A DNA stretch of 64,000 nucleotides from an uncultured Gemmatimonadaceae bacterium (GTDB lineage Bacteria > Gemmatimonadota > Gemmatimonadetes > Gemmatimonadales > Gemmatimonadaceae): NCBI GenBank assembly GCA_963757185.1, contig CAVWQI010000003.1, positions 1 to 64,000 on the forward strand, written 5' to 3'. Shown piece by piece: positions 20,243 through 30,605 of this stretch (position 1 is the stretch's first letter; every line of letters starts with the position of its first letter). The position numbers and the translations under genes were made by a program. A model generated the notes under the pieces. It worked only from the letters and a program-made list of their open reading frames with translations, had not been told where the DNA came from and did not search any database.

Positions 20243-22110
20243 TGCGTCGCTTCATCCCACTCGTCGGCGCCGCCGTCTTTGTCGTTCTCAGCTGCGACGA
20301 GAATCTGCCGAGCGGCCCTCAGACATTCGCGGCGCAGCTCAAGATCGCCGTCTCGCACGATACGCTCGTCGTCGGCGACTCCAACGCGGTGCAGGCGCAG
20401 GCCCTCGACGCGTCCGGGAACCGGATCCAGTCGCTCTCGTTCACGTGGTCGTCGACGGACAGCAGCATCGTGGGCCTGGTGTCGCCGGCGAGCCCTGACA
20501 CTTCCGACGGCCGGGCGAGAAGACTGGTGGGGCAACGCACCGGACACTCGAATGTCTCGATCTCGCTCACCGATCCGCGATTCGCTTCGGCGCCCGTGTC
20601 GCGCACCGAGACTGTCGTCGTAGGGGGCGTCACGGTGCTCACGACGCACGATTCAACGCTCAACGCGATCAGCGACACGGGAGTGGCGGTCGCCGCGGGG
20701 CTCGTGCGGGTCAACGGCGTGCTGGTGCCGAGGCCCGGCGAGGGCATTCGCTGGGTCCACCTGGGGTCGCACACCGCGACCGTCGCGAAGGGGGACACGC
20801 TGCGCTACATCGCGAGCTCGAACGGCCGCGACACGCTCATCGCGACGTCCGACTTCTGCCTGGCGGGGGCCAGGTGCGCCGACACGGTGATCGCGCGCGT
20901 CTCCCAGACGCTCACGCTCGGTCTGTCGACACACGCTCTCCGTGCGTGGAGCTTTAGTGATTCGTTGACGCCGGACGTCACGCTCGCGGACAAGCGCGGC
21001 TTCGGTTTGGCCGGCACCTCGATTCGGTTCATTCCGGTATCGGCGGTCGACTCGACGATCGTGCGCGTCGGCCCCGTCGTCGGGATCAGCAATGGGGGCA
21101 CGGGCGTGATGGCGACTCCTCGGCTCATCTCGACTGGCAACGGGACGGCGACGGTGGCGGTGCAAGCGCTCGCGCCCGACGGCGCGACCATTCTCGCGAC
21201 CGACGCCGTGACGGAGACCGTGCGTCAAGTCGCTCGTCGCGCGAACGTCGAGGCGTTGCGCGCGCTGATGTCGGCTACCGACTCGATTCCTGTGAAGGCC
21301 GTGGCCCGCGACGCTCGCGGCGCGATCATCGTCGACGCCACCGTGAGCGTCGCGTCCGTCTCCGGCGTCGCATTCCACGATCCGTGGGCCGGACCGAACG
21401 CGATCGTCAACGTCGGTTCCGCGGGCGTGCTGACACCGACGATCACCGGCATGACGCTTCCCGACAGCAACCCGCTCGCGCCGCAGATCGCAGCGACGAT
21501 CAACCCGTCGAGCTTCACGGTGATAAAGGCGGATACGGTGAAGGCCGGAGCGACGCAAACGGCGATCCCGATCACGGTTCTCGATTCGACGGCGCAGCCG
21601 GCGGCGGGGGCGCCAATCGTTTTCACGACGTCCGCTGGGGCGGGAGCGCCGCCGGCGACGGCGGTCACGGATATCAACGGCCAGGCGGTTGTGGTGTGGA
21701 CGCCGCCCGACAGCGGGGGCTATTACACCCTGACCGGAATTCGCCCGGCAAGCGGTGCACTCACGACGTTGGCCGACTCCACCGGACGGATCGTCGTGCG
21801 ACGCTCGATCCGTGTGATCCCCGACCCGGTCGCGTCGACGGTCGAGGTCTCGTCCGCGACCGTCGCTGCCGGCCTCACGACGACGGTGACCGTCAAGGTG
21901 AGAGATGTTCTCGGCAACCTGCTCCGGTCAGCCGTGCCGGCCGATTTCACCACCACCGTCACACGCGGAACGGTCAGCGCTTTCTCGTGTTCACTCGGCG
22001 TGTGCACCGCGACCTACACGGCGCCGGCGACTCCGGGAGCGGATTCCATCTCGGTCAAGATCGGCGGGATCGAGATTCACTTCAGTCCGCTCGGCGTGAC
22101 GATCACCTAG
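20242..22110 (+). CDS. Ig-like (Big) domain-containing surface lipoprotein
   Basis: 622 aa with a lipoprotein signal (AAVFVVLSC). It contains repeated ~90-aa beta-rich modules of the bacterial Ig-like kind (e.g. QAQALDASGNRIQSLSFTWSSTDSSIV). Confidence 0.5.
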   Translation: MRRFIPLVGAAVFVVLSCDENLPSGPQTFAAQLKIAVSHDTLVVGDSNAVQAQALDASGNRIQSLSFTWSSTDSSIVGLVSPASPDTSDGRARRLVGQRTGHSNVSISLTDPRFASAPVSRTETVVVGGVTVLTTHDSTLNAISDTGVAVAAGLVRVNGVLVPRPGEGIRWVHLGSHTATVAKGDTLRYIASSNGRDTLIATSDFCLAGARCADTVIARVSQTLTLGLSTHALRAWSFSDSLTPDVTLADKRGFGLAGTSIRFIPVSAVDSTIVRVGPVVGISNGGTGVMATPRLISTGNGTATVAVQALAPDGATILATDAVTETVRQVARRANVEALRALMSATDSIPVKAVARDARGAIIVDATVSVASVSGVAFHDPWAGPNAIVNVGSAGVLTPTITGMTLPDSNPLAPQIAATINPSSFTVIKADTVKAGATQTAIPITVLDSTAQPAAGAPIVFTTSAGAGAPPATAVTDINGQAVVVWTPPDSGGYYTLTGIRPASGALTTLADSTGRIVVRRSIRVIPDPVASTVEVSSATVAAGLTTTVTVKVRDVLGNLLRSAVPADFTTTVTRGTVSAFSCSLGVCTATYTAPATPGADSISVKIGGIEIHFSPLGVTIT

Positions 22111-22121
22111 CGCGAAAACAG

Positions 22122-22388
22122 CAACGGCAACTGCTCGACGCAGAGACGCAGAGGACGCGGAGTCGCAGAGGACTGCACACGAGGTTGGGGTCGAACCGCC
22201 GGCACGGGATGTTTTGTGACCGCCGCTCGGGAAGCTACTCATACCGTGGAGGCCTACGTCGCCACGACGAGGCACCCTGAGCGGCTCTCACAAAAACATC
22301 CCGGCTCGTTGCGCGATGGAGCCTGCCCTGCGGCTGTCCTCTGCGTCCCCTGCGCCTCCGCGTCCTCTGCGTTGAGTGGTTGTCGTTC
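22122..22388. repeat. MITE-like palindromic element, family 1, copy B (about 267 bp)
   Basis: Same TIRs as copy A (CAACGGCAACTGCTCGACGCAGAGACGCAG ... CTCTGCGTTGAGTGGTTGTCGTTC) and conserved internal blocks (GACTGCACAC, TTTTGTGA.CGCCGCTCGG, GAGCGGCT). It lies between convergent genes. Confidence 0.7.
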
Positions 22389-22406
22389 TAGCCCCGGTCA
22401 AAAGAA

Positions 22407-23873
22407 TCACGCCTCCGTGACCGCGACTCTCGACGCTCGTGGGCGGGCCGAGACGTACAGAGCGATGCCGATCGCGTTCGCCACGAGAATCACGAGCGAG
22501 ATCTTTAGCGCGAAGGTCGCCACGCTGGCCACCTGAATGATCGGAAAGATCGACAGTGCCACGTAAAGCACGGTCATCAGTAGCCCCGACCACGACGCGA
22601 CCTTGAGCCAGAGCGGCGGGGCCGGCGTAACCCCGCGCAGGCCGAAGATCGGCACGGCGAACATCACGATATACGTGAGCGCGTAAAACATTCCGCCGGC
22701 GTTCCAGATCAGTTGGAACGCCTCGGCTTGGCCGACGCCGATCAAGCTCACTAGGCCGATCCCGAACGCGACCACGCCTACCAGCAGGATCGAATTCACA
22801 GGCGTGCGATACTTGGAATGCAACTGGCTGAACCAGGGCGGCAGCAGGCGATCCCACCCGGCCACCATCGGCAATCGCGCCACGGCGGTGAAGCTCACGC
22901 TCACCTGCGCGATGCGCATGCCGAGCGTCATCAGGATCGCGATCGTCACCAGCTGAGTGGCGATCCCGAACGGACCGAAGCCTACGCGCAGCACCTGCGC
23001 CATTGGGCCGATCAGATCGACCTGGTCCCGCGGGATGTACGCGACCACGGTGCTCGTGCCGAGCACGAACATCAGCGCGACGATCGGCGCGGCGATCAGC
23101 ACCGATCGGCCCACCGAGCGCGCCGGCGACCTGGTCTCGCCGGCGAGAATGGCGACGTACTCGAATCCGCCGAGCGCGCCGAATCCGAGCTTGCCGAGGA
23201 TGTTCAGGTTGAAGAGCGACACGGCCGGCATCTCGGTGCGCAGCGGGTGGTACTCGTGCAGGTGACCCGTGGCGAGTCCGATGAACGGAAGGATGAGCAG
23301 CGCAGCGAACACGATCAGCATGAATACACCGCCGATGTTGTGCACCCACTTGCCCACCGACAGGCCGATGATCGACGCCGCGACCATGAACGCAAGGATC
23401 ACCGCCGCGGAGAGGCCGACGAACCAGGAGCTCGAGCGGATCCAGTCCGCGCTCGGTCCGATGGCATACGAGAGATACGTCGTGCACTGCAAGCCGATTT
23501 CCGACAGACTCATGATCACGTAGAGCCAGAGGTTCCACGCGAGCATGAAGCCGATCATCTCGTTGAAGCCGAGCTTCGCCCACTGATACAGGCCGCCCTC
23601 GAGCGGCATCAGTTTGTTGAGGTACATCACGACGCCGGCCGACGGCAGATAGAACAGCACGATCGCCAACAGCCAGAGCACGACGTGCGACGGTCCCAGC
23701 TTTCCGGCGACGCCGATCCACGTCAAACCGACGATGAACAGAATCTGCGTGAGGACGAGGTCGCGGACGCCCAATTCCTTCTTGAGCGACGCGCTGTGCG
23801 CTTGAACGGCGGCTTCGGCTTGCGCGAGTTCGGTCGTCGCCGATGCGTCGGCGGATCTCGTGTCCACGGTCAT
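22407..23873 (-). CDS. APC family amino acid permease
   Basis: The ORF runs 22407..23912. An ATG at 23873 (MTVDTRSADAS...) overlaps the upstream M20 stop as ATGA. About 12 TM segments typical of amino acid/polyamine/organocation transporters. Confidence 0.85.
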   Translation of the reverse strand: MTVDTRSADASATTELAQAEAAVQAHSASLKKELGVRDLVLTQILFIVGLTWIGVAGKLGPSHVVLWLLAIVLFYLPSAGVVMYLNKLMPLEGGLYQWAKLGFNEMIGFMLAWNLWLYVIMSLSEIGLQCTTYLSYAIGPSADWIRSSSWFVGLSAAVILAFMVAASIIGLSVGKWVHNIGGVFMLIVFAALLILPFIGLATGHLHEYHPLRTEMPAVSLFNLNILGKLGFGALGGFEYVAILAGETRSPARSVGRSVLIAAPIVALMFVLGTSTVVAYIPRDQVDLIGPMAQVLRVGFGPFGIATQLVTIAILMTLGMRIAQVSVSFTAVARLPMVAGWDRLLPPWFSQLHSKYRTPVNSILLVGVVAFGIGLVSLIGVGQAEAFQLIWNAGGMFYALTYIVMFAVPIFGLRGVTPAPPLWLKVASWSGLLMTVLYVALSIFPIIQVASVATFALKISLVILVANAIGIALYVSARPRASRVAVTEA

Positions 23874-25285
23874 GCGCGCTCCTCGCCGAGTATGGTCCAG
23901 TACCGCGCCCACGCCTCGAGGCCTTCGTGCAGGCGATGCACGCGAAAGAACTCGTTCGGCGCGTGGAAGTCTTCGTCCGCGGTCGAGAACGAGAAGAACA
24001 CCGTGCTCAGGCCCATGTGCCGCTCGAACAACTCGCCGATCGGCACCGTGCCGCCCATGCGAACCCGCAGCGGCTGACTACCATATACTGCGTGGAGCGC
24101 CCGGTCGGCAGCCTGGAGCGCGAAATGGCCGGGCTCGATGTGCGACGCGCCCGCGCCATGATCCATCGGTGAGATCGATAGCCGTGTGCCCGGCGGCACG
24201 TGCGATTCGATGTGGCGCGACACGAGCTCGACGATTCGCGACGGATCCTGGTCGGGAACCAGACGGCACGTGATCTTCGCATGCGCCTCGCTCGGAATCA
24301 CGGTCTTCGATCCCGGTCCCTCGTAACCGCCCCACATCCCGTTGATCTCGAGCGTCGGGCGCGTCCACTGTCGCTCGAGCGTCGAGTATCCCGGCTCGCC
24401 GAATGCGGCCGGCGCACCCACCTGGGCGAGATACACCCGCTCGTCGAAGGGCAGGGCGGCGATCGCCTCCCGGTCGGCGCGCGACAGCTCCCGAACTTCG
24501 TCATAGAAACCGGCGACGGCTACTCGGCCGCTCGAGTCGTGCAGCGACGCGATCAACCGCGCCATCGCGTGCAGCGGATTCGCGACGGCGCCGCCGTGTC
24601 GGCCGGAGTGCAAGTCCTTCGACGCCGCCGTGAGCGTCAGCTCGAGCCCGGCGAGTCCTCGACTCGAAACCGTCAGCGACGGCTCGTCGATGCGCCACAT
24701 CGCGCCGTCGGCGGAGATCACGAAGTCGGCGGCGAGCAGCTCCTTGTTGTCGCGAATGAATGCGTCGAGACTCGGGCTCCCGATCTCCTCTTCGCCCTCG
24801 AACATGAACTTCACGTTGAGCGGGAGCGTGCCGGCGGCCGAGAAGAATGCTTCGGCGACCTTGATTGGAATGAGCATCGGCCCTTTGTCGTCGGACACAC
24901 CGCGCGCGTAGAGCCGTCCCTCGCGAATCGTCGGCACGAACGGCGGGCTGTGCCACCGGTCGAGCGGATCGGGCGGCTGAACGTCGTAGTGTCCGTAGAC
25001 GAGCGCGGTCAACGCGCCCGGCGCGCCGAGCCACTCGCCGTAGACGACCGGATTGCCCGACGTCGCGATCGTGCGGACCTTGATCGGTCCCGCGGCCGCG
25101 AGCTTCGCGGCGACCCATCCCGTCGCCGCCGCGACGTCCGCCGCGTGCGCCGGATCGGTGCTCACGCTCGGAATCGACGCGAACTCGACCAACTCGCCGA
25201 GGATGCGAGGGTGGTCAGCCTCGAGGGCCGCGAGAACGGCAGCCAAACGAGCGGACGCCGGGGCTGTCGTCGGCACGGTGCTCAT
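23870..25285 (-). CDS. M20 family metallopeptidase (dipeptidase-like)
   Basis: Real start MSTVPTTAPASARLAAV at 25285, overlapping the SDR stop as ATGA. M20 motifs present (HYDVQPP, GVSDDKG, EGEEEIGSP). Confidence 0.85.
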   Translation of the reverse strand: MSTVPTTAPASARLAAVLAALEADHPRILGELVEFASIPSVSTDPAHAADVAAATGWVAAKLAAAGPIKVRTIATSGNPVVYGEWLGAPGALTALVYGHYDVQPPDPLDRWHSPPFVPTIREGRLYARGVSDDKGPMLIPIKVAEAFFSAAGTLPLNVKFMFEGEEEIGSPSLDAFIRDNKELLAADFVISADGAMWRIDEPSLTVSSRGLAGLELTLTAASKDLHSGRHGGAVANPLHAMARLIASLHDSSGRVAVAGFYDEVRELSRADREAIAALPFDERVYLAQVGAPAAFGEPGYSTLERQWTRPTLEINGMWGGYEGPGSKTVIPSEAHAKITCRLVPDQDPSRIVELVSRHIESHVPPGTRLSISPMDHGAGASHIEPGHFALQAADRALHAVYGSQPLRVRMGGTVPIGELFERHMGLSTVFFSFSTADEDFHAPNEFFRVHRLHEGLEAWARYWTILGEERA

Positions 25286-26049
25286 CTGCCTCCGTCCACC
25301 GACAACACTTGGCCTGTGATCCACCCGGCATGATCCGACGCGAAGAAGAGCACCGCGTGCGCGATGTCGTCGGGCGTGCCGAGTCGCTTGAGCGCGATTC
25401 GGTCGACGAGCTCGCGCTGGCCGGCTTCGCCGTATGATTCCCACTGGCGCTCTGTGGTCGGATTCGAGCGCACGAAGCCGGGCGCGATGTTGTTCACCGT
25501 GATGTTCCAAGGGCCCAGCTCGTGCGCGAGCTGGCGGGTCAAACCGATCTGCGCCGCCTTGGCCGACGCGTAGGCCTGAATTCCGGTGAGACTGATGCCG
25601 AGTCCAGCGCCGCTCGAGATGTTGACGATGCGTCCCGAGCGCGCCGTTTTCATTCGAGGCGCGACGGCCTGCGAACAGTAGAACGCGCCGCTGACGTTGA
25701 CGTCGAAGATGTCTTGCCACTCGTCCGGCGTGATCTGCTCGAGCGGCCGCCCAACCTGACCGAGCACGCCGCCGGCGTTGTTCACCAACACGTCGACGCG
25801 GCCCGATGCGTCGGCCGCTTCGTTTACGAAGGCATCGACCGCGCTCTTGTCGCGAACGTCCACGACGCGCGTCGTGCACACGCCGTCGTGGGCGAGGACG
25901 AGACGTTCCGTCTCGAGCAGCTCGTCTTTGAGAACGTCGCAGGCCCACACGCTGCCGCCGCGCCGCGCGAACGCGAGGCTGATGGCGCGGCCGAATCCGT
26001 GCGCGGCGCCGGTGACGATGACGGTCTTGCCGCTGAAGTCGAATTCCAT
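25282..26049 (-). CDS. SDR family oxidoreductase
   Basis: 255 aa. TGAAHGFGRAIS Rossmann motif, NNAG, and the YxxxK catalytic pair (YASAKAA). Confidence 0.85.
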   Translation of the reverse strand: MEFDFSGKTVIVTGAAHGFGRAISLAFARRGGSVWACDVLKDELLETERLVLAHDGVCTTRVVDVRDKSAVDAFVNEAADASGRVDVLVNNAGGVLGQVGRPLEQITPDEWQDIFDVNVSGAFYCSQAVAPRMKTARSGRIVNISSGAGLGISLTGIQAYASAKAAQIGLTRQLAHELGPWNITVNNIAPGFVRSNPTTERQWESYGEAGQRELVDRIALKRLGTPDDIAHAVLFFASDHAGWITGQVLSVDGGR

Positions 26050-27065
26050 CAGCGGATCGACAGGCTGGCGAGAGCGTCGAGCGTCTCGAGCGATTGCGGA
26101 CGGCGGCCGTCCTCGACGTCGTGGATCAGTTCGACGAGCCGCGTCGTGAGCGGCGTCGCGACGCCGGCTTCGTTCCCGAGCGTGACGACGATGCCGAGCT
26201 GCGCATCGACCTCGGTTCGCCGCTTGCGGACGGCGAGGTCGCGCCAGATCCCGCTATGGGTCTTGGCGGATTTCCGGTTGTGCGCGACCAGCGCGTCGAG
26301 CGAAGCGGCGGCCGCGTCGTCCGACGCGTTCGGCAGATACGCCGATGGATCGAATCCGTCGAACGCTTCCGGCGTCACCCCGCGCGCTCGAGCGACTGCG
26401 AGGATTTCGCGCGCCAACTCGACGTAAAGGTTCTTGTAGCGCGGCATCGCCAGCGCGTCGGCGATCGATTCGTTGGTGAGCGCCGTGGCGAAGAGCATGG
26501 CGCCGTAGGCTTCCTTGCCCCACAGGTAGCCCCAGATGTTCGGCGTCACGATGGCGCGATCGTCGAAGCGGAGCCACGCATCGTGGATGGCGCCGACGCG
26601 CGGGGTCCTGCGCCCGTCGATCTCCCCGAGGACGACCGCGCCGCGCCCGCCGTAGTGGATGACGCCCGGCTCGATGTAATCCGCTCCGAAGTTCACGAAC
26701 GACCCGACGGTTCGCGCGTCGCCGACGACCTTCGCGATCGCCAGCTCGTTGAGTCCGTTCTGCGCGGAGACGACGCAGCCGTCGTCGGTCAGGTGAGGCG
26801 CCAGCGCCCGCGTGGCGGCTTCGGTATGATGCGCCTTGGTCGCGAGGATGATCGTGTCCCACCGGCCGCTCAGAGATTCCGGCGTGAACGCCGGCACCAA
26901 CTGCATGAATTCGGCGATCGGCCCGGTGATGGAGATGCCCGCAGCGTCGATAGCTGAGACGTGGTCGGCGGCGGTATCGACGAAGGTGACCTCGTGGCCG
27001 GCGCGGGCAAGGTACGCGCCGAGCGTTCCACCGATTGCGCCAGCGCCCCAGACGAGGAATCGCAT
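26049..27065 (-). CDS. ketopantoate reductase (ApbA/PanE) family protein
   Basis: 338 aa. N-terminal GAGAIGG NAD(P)-binding motif and ApbA family organisation. Confidence 0.8.
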   Translation of the reverse strand: MRFLVWGAGAIGGTLGAYLARAGHEVTFVDTAADHVSAIDAAGISITGPIAEFMQLVPAFTPESLSGRWDTIILATKAHHTEAATRALAPHLTDDGCVVSAQNGLNELAIAKVVGDARTVGSFVNFGADYIEPGVIHYGGRGAVVLGEIDGRRTPRVGAIHDAWLRFDDRAIVTPNIWGYLWGKEAYGAMLFATALTNESIADALAMPRYKNLYVELAREILAVARARGVTPEAFDGFDPSAYLPNASDDAAAASLDALVAHNRKSAKTHSGIWRDLAVRKRRTEVDAQLGIVVTLGNEAGVATPLTTRLVELIHDVEDGRRPQSLETLDALASLSIR

Positions 27066-27077
27066 CGTCCTACGGCC

Positions 27078-27788
27078 TTAGCCGGCGTCGCCCCACGAAC
27101 CCGTGAGCAGCGCGCGCGTCTCGTCGACGGCGACTTTCCAGAGCGCGAGCATGTCCTCGTCGGACCGCTGGTACAACCCGCCGTAGTTTCCGTCGCCGAT
27201 GTAGGCGCGGAGCGACATCGGGTCGAGCGCGCGAACGCGCGCGATGTCGACCATCGGCCGCTGCACGCCCGGCATTTCGACGCCGGGCAGCCGCGTCCAC
27301 GGAAAGTTCTCCATCCACGATCCGTGCGACGCCACGGGATCGATCTCGAGCACCCTGGCCCAGGTACGCGGCGCGTTCCACCAGTTGTGAAAGAGCACGC
27401 GGCAATCCGGATGGTCGGCGGTCCATTCAGGAACCCACTGTTGCACGGCGCTGTTTCCGCCATGGCCGTTGACGACGAGGATCCGCTTGAACCCGCTGTG
27501 CGCCATGCTGTCGAGAATGTCGCGCACGACGCTGAGATGCGTGTCGACGCGCAGCGAGATGGAGCCCGGGAACTCGCGGAAGTAGGGCGTCACGCCGTAG
27601 GCGACGACGGGGAACACCGGAATCCCCAGCGGCTCCGCGGCTTCGGCGCCGACGCGTTCCGGAAGGATGCAGTCGACGGTGAGTCGGAGGTGACTGTGCT
27701 GTTCGGTGCTGCCGAGCGGAAGGACGGCGCGGTCGTCGTGATCGAGGTAGCGCTCGACCTGCATCCAATTCATGTCGCTGATACGCAC
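27078..27788 (-). CDS. creatininase (creatinine amidohydrolase) family protein
   Basis: 236 aa. Motifs LPLGSTEQHSHL and LVVNGHGGN, typical of PF02633. Confidence 0.8.
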   Translation of the reverse strand: MRISDMNWMQVERYLDHDDRAVLPLGSTEQHSHLRLTVDCILPERVGAEAAEPLGIPVFPVVAYGVTPYFREFPGSISLRVDTHLSVVRDILDSMAHSGFKRILVVNGHGGNSAVQQWVPEWTADHPDCRVLFHNWWNAPRTWARVLEIDPVASHGSWMENFPWTRLPGVEMPGVQRPMVDIARVRALDPMSLRAYIGDGNYGGLYQRSDEDMLALWKVAVDETRALLTGSWGDAG

Positions 27789-27984
27789 GGCTTTGTTTTG
27801 GTGACGGGAGACAGAAAATACCCCCCGGCGAGGAAGGGCGCGAACGGCGACGTTCTGGGCGTCCCGTGGCCGAACACACGCATCGCGGATCGGGGGTCGA
27901 GCCCTGCCTTGAGCAGGAGCCTGAGCATGAGCTCTGAGCCGGGCGTGACCGAAGCCTCGAGAAGGACTCTGAGGCGAGGGCGTG

Positions 27985-28350
27985 CTATTCCGACTCGTCT
28001 TCCAGGACCCTTCTGCGGTAGCCGAAGGTCATTCTGCGAATGTCGATCGTCTCGGTCGAGTAGCGGTGCCAGTTTTCGTGAGACATCAGCTTGAGATCAC
28101 GAACGCTGATCAGGTGGTTTTCGGTCTCGCTCGCGGATTTGATCGACATATCGAGAAAACGCGCAAACTCGCGATTCGATTCCGACCCACATCCCTCAGC
28201 GATGTTGGTCGCAATGCTATCCGCAGCTCGCAAGAGCTGTGACCTCAGGTGCCCGTAGCCCAAGCGCCCGTAGTCAGCCGCGAGCTCGTGGAGCGCCATG
28301 GCCAGGGCGTGCGCCCTCCGCCAAATCTCGAGTCGCTTGAAGTCCCGCAT
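27985..28350 (-). CDS. four-helix-bundle protein (23S rRNA intervening-sequence protein family)
   Basis: The ORF runs 27985..28440. The likely start is MRDFKRLEIWRRAHALAMAL at 28350, giving about 121 aa. The family-typical N-terminus is M.DFKDLxVW. Confidence 0.7.
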   Translation of the reverse strand: MRDFKRLEIWRRAHALAMALHELAADYGRLGYGHLRSQLLRAADSIATNIAEGCGSESNREFARFLDMSIKSASETENHLISVRDLKLMSHENWHRYSTETIDIRRMTFGYRRRVLEDESE

Positions 28351-28537
28351 GCCCCACCGTACCTCATCCCGTGCGGCATGCGGCACCATTTTCTTCGGGC
28401 CCGCACCTTTCAACTGCTCAAAGCTCCTGCTCAAGCTCATGCTCGATGCAGGGCTCGCTCCCGCCGCGGCGATGCCGATCCCGCCGCGACGGCCCCCAAC
28501 GCTGGCGTCCTCGCCGTTTCACGAGCATTCTCTTGCT

Positions 28538-30605
28538 ATGCTACGCCTCTCCGTGCTCTCGGCACTCGCCGTCCTCGCCGTCACCTCATGCACCCGCTCG
28601 CAGCCGTCGCTGGCCGGGGACTGGGATGCTTACGTCGCCCTCGGCTCCACGCCCCTCCCGGGCTTCGAGGGCTGGCGTCGCATGGGTTTCGCCCACTTCG
28701 CCTCCGATACCAGCGGCATCACCGGCTCAATCCGTCGCCGTACGGGCGAACCGATGCTCGACCTCGCCCGCGCCGACGTCCGCGGCGACTCCGTCTTCAT
28801 CAGCGGCGCACGGAATCAGACTCTCGCCGCCACGTGGCACGGTGACACGCTCTCCGGTCTGATGCTCGCCGAAGGCAAGCCGAGTGGCAGGCGGTATCGG
28901 CTCGTTCGCCGGACGACGCCGTTCGTCGCCGAGCAGCAGTACCTGCTCTGGCCGGGGGCGGTGTCCGACTCGCAGTACGCGGTCACCGAGGACACGCTGG
29001 TCTTCATGAAGACCCGCGACGGCGCGAAGTTGGCGAGCTATGTCGCGCGGCCAGTTGGCAAGGGTCCGTTCGGCGTCGTCATGCAGCGCACGCCGTACAC
29101 GCGCATCCTCCATCCCGCGGGCCGATTCTGGGCGTCGCACGGCTACATCTTCGTCGCGCAGCACGTGCGCGGGCGCGATGTATCCGACGGCACCGACTTC
29201 GGCGACTACGACACCGATGTACGCGACGGCTACGACGCGGTCGAGTGGGCGGCGAAGCTGCCCGGCGCGAACGGGAGAGTCGGGCTGATCGGACACTCGG
29301 ACGAGGGGAGACTGGCGTGGTACGCGGCCGTGAGCGCGCCGCCTCATCTTGCGGCGTTCGCGCCGTCGGCGGCGAGCGGCGATCCGTGGCGCATCGTGCC
29401 GTACGAAGACATGGTGTTCTCGCCGATCAACGTCGATTGGGCGTGCCTCATGCGCGGCGCGCACGCTGCAGAACACGGCGGACCTCGACATCGGGTCGGC
29501 GCTCACGCACCTGCCGTTGATCGACTTGCCGCAGCGACTTGGCTGCGGCGACGTGCCGCTCTGGGACCGTTGGATCGCGCACCCGACACTCGACGCGTAC
29601 TGGCGCGCGCACGCCGTCACGACGAACGTCGCGAAGGTCCGAGCGCCCGTGCTCCAGATCGCCGGCTGGTACGACGACTCGCGCGGTCCGATCGACTACA
29701 CGAACGCGCTGCTCGCCGTGCCGAACCATCCGCTCGTTCGGCTGGTGATGGGACCCGGCGCGCACAAAGGCGTCGACTACGTGAGCGGCGAATTCGGCCC
29801 GCAGTCGCGCGTCGACACGCGCCGTCTTCAGCTGCGGTGGTTCGACCACTATCTACTCGGCAAGGACAACGGCGTCGACAAGGAGCCGCCCTTCGACGAC
29901 TTCGTCTTCGGCGACAACACGTGGCGGAAGGAAGCCGCCTGGCCGATCGCGCGCGCGGTGCCGACGAAGTGGTACGTGTCGTCGGCGGGTGCGGCGAACA
30001 CGAGCGCCGGCAACGGCACGCTCGACACGATTCCGCCGACCGGAGCGGCCGTCGACACGTTCACCTACGATCCGGCGAACCCCACGCCGTTCCTGATCGA
30101 CTCGCGCGAGCTCGAGGAGTCCCTCAACGAGGATTATGCGTCACTCAACGCATCGCGGCGCGACGAGCTCGTGTTCACGTCGAAGGCGCTCACCAAGCCG
30201 GTCGAAGTGACGGGGCAGATGTCGGCGACGCTCTGGGCCGCCACCGACGCCAAGGACACCGACTGGAACGTGATGCTCCTCGACGTCTTTCCCGACGGCC
30301 ACGCGGAGCGCGTGCAGGACGGCCCGATGCGCGCGCGATTCCGCAAGGGATTCGACAAGGAAGTGCCGCTCACTCCTGGAAGCGTCGAGCAGTACGACCT
30401 CGACCTCTGGTTCACGTCGCGCGTGTTCGAGCCCGGACACAAGATTCGCGTGACGGTATCGTCGTCCTTCTTTCCGAAGTACGACCGCAACCTCAACACC
30501 GGCGGCAACAACGAGCGCGATAGCACGTTCGTGGTCGCGCATCAGAAGCTGCTGCACGACGCCGCGCACCCGAGCCACGTCGTCCTGCCCGTCATTCCTC
30601 GATGA
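28538..30605 (+). CDS. CocE/NonD family hydrolase (X-Pro dipeptidyl-peptidase S15 type) lipoprotein; frameshifted
   Basis: The signal begins at ATG 28538 (MLRLSVLSALAVLAVTSC). The N-terminal alpha/beta hydrolase part is in the frame of ORF 28298..30523; the C-terminal part is in ORF 29349..30605. The frames switch inside the GC-repeat GCGCGGCGCGCACG near 29452..29466. Confidence 0.8.

Noticed and set aside
22180-22215. tRNA-like fragment (GGGGTCGAACCGCCGG) inside MITE copy B
   Set aside because: It has only a T-arm-like GTCGAACC stretch, with no acceptor stem, anticodon arm or CCA context. No cloverleaf can be drawn. No bona fide tRNA or rRNA was recognised anywhere in the window.
19121-22388. 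Possibility that the family-1 elements are IS elements or prophage remnants
   Set aside because: Neither copy contains an ORF, and nothing in the window resembles a transposase, integrase or recombinase. They are therefore classed as non-autonomous MITE-like elements.
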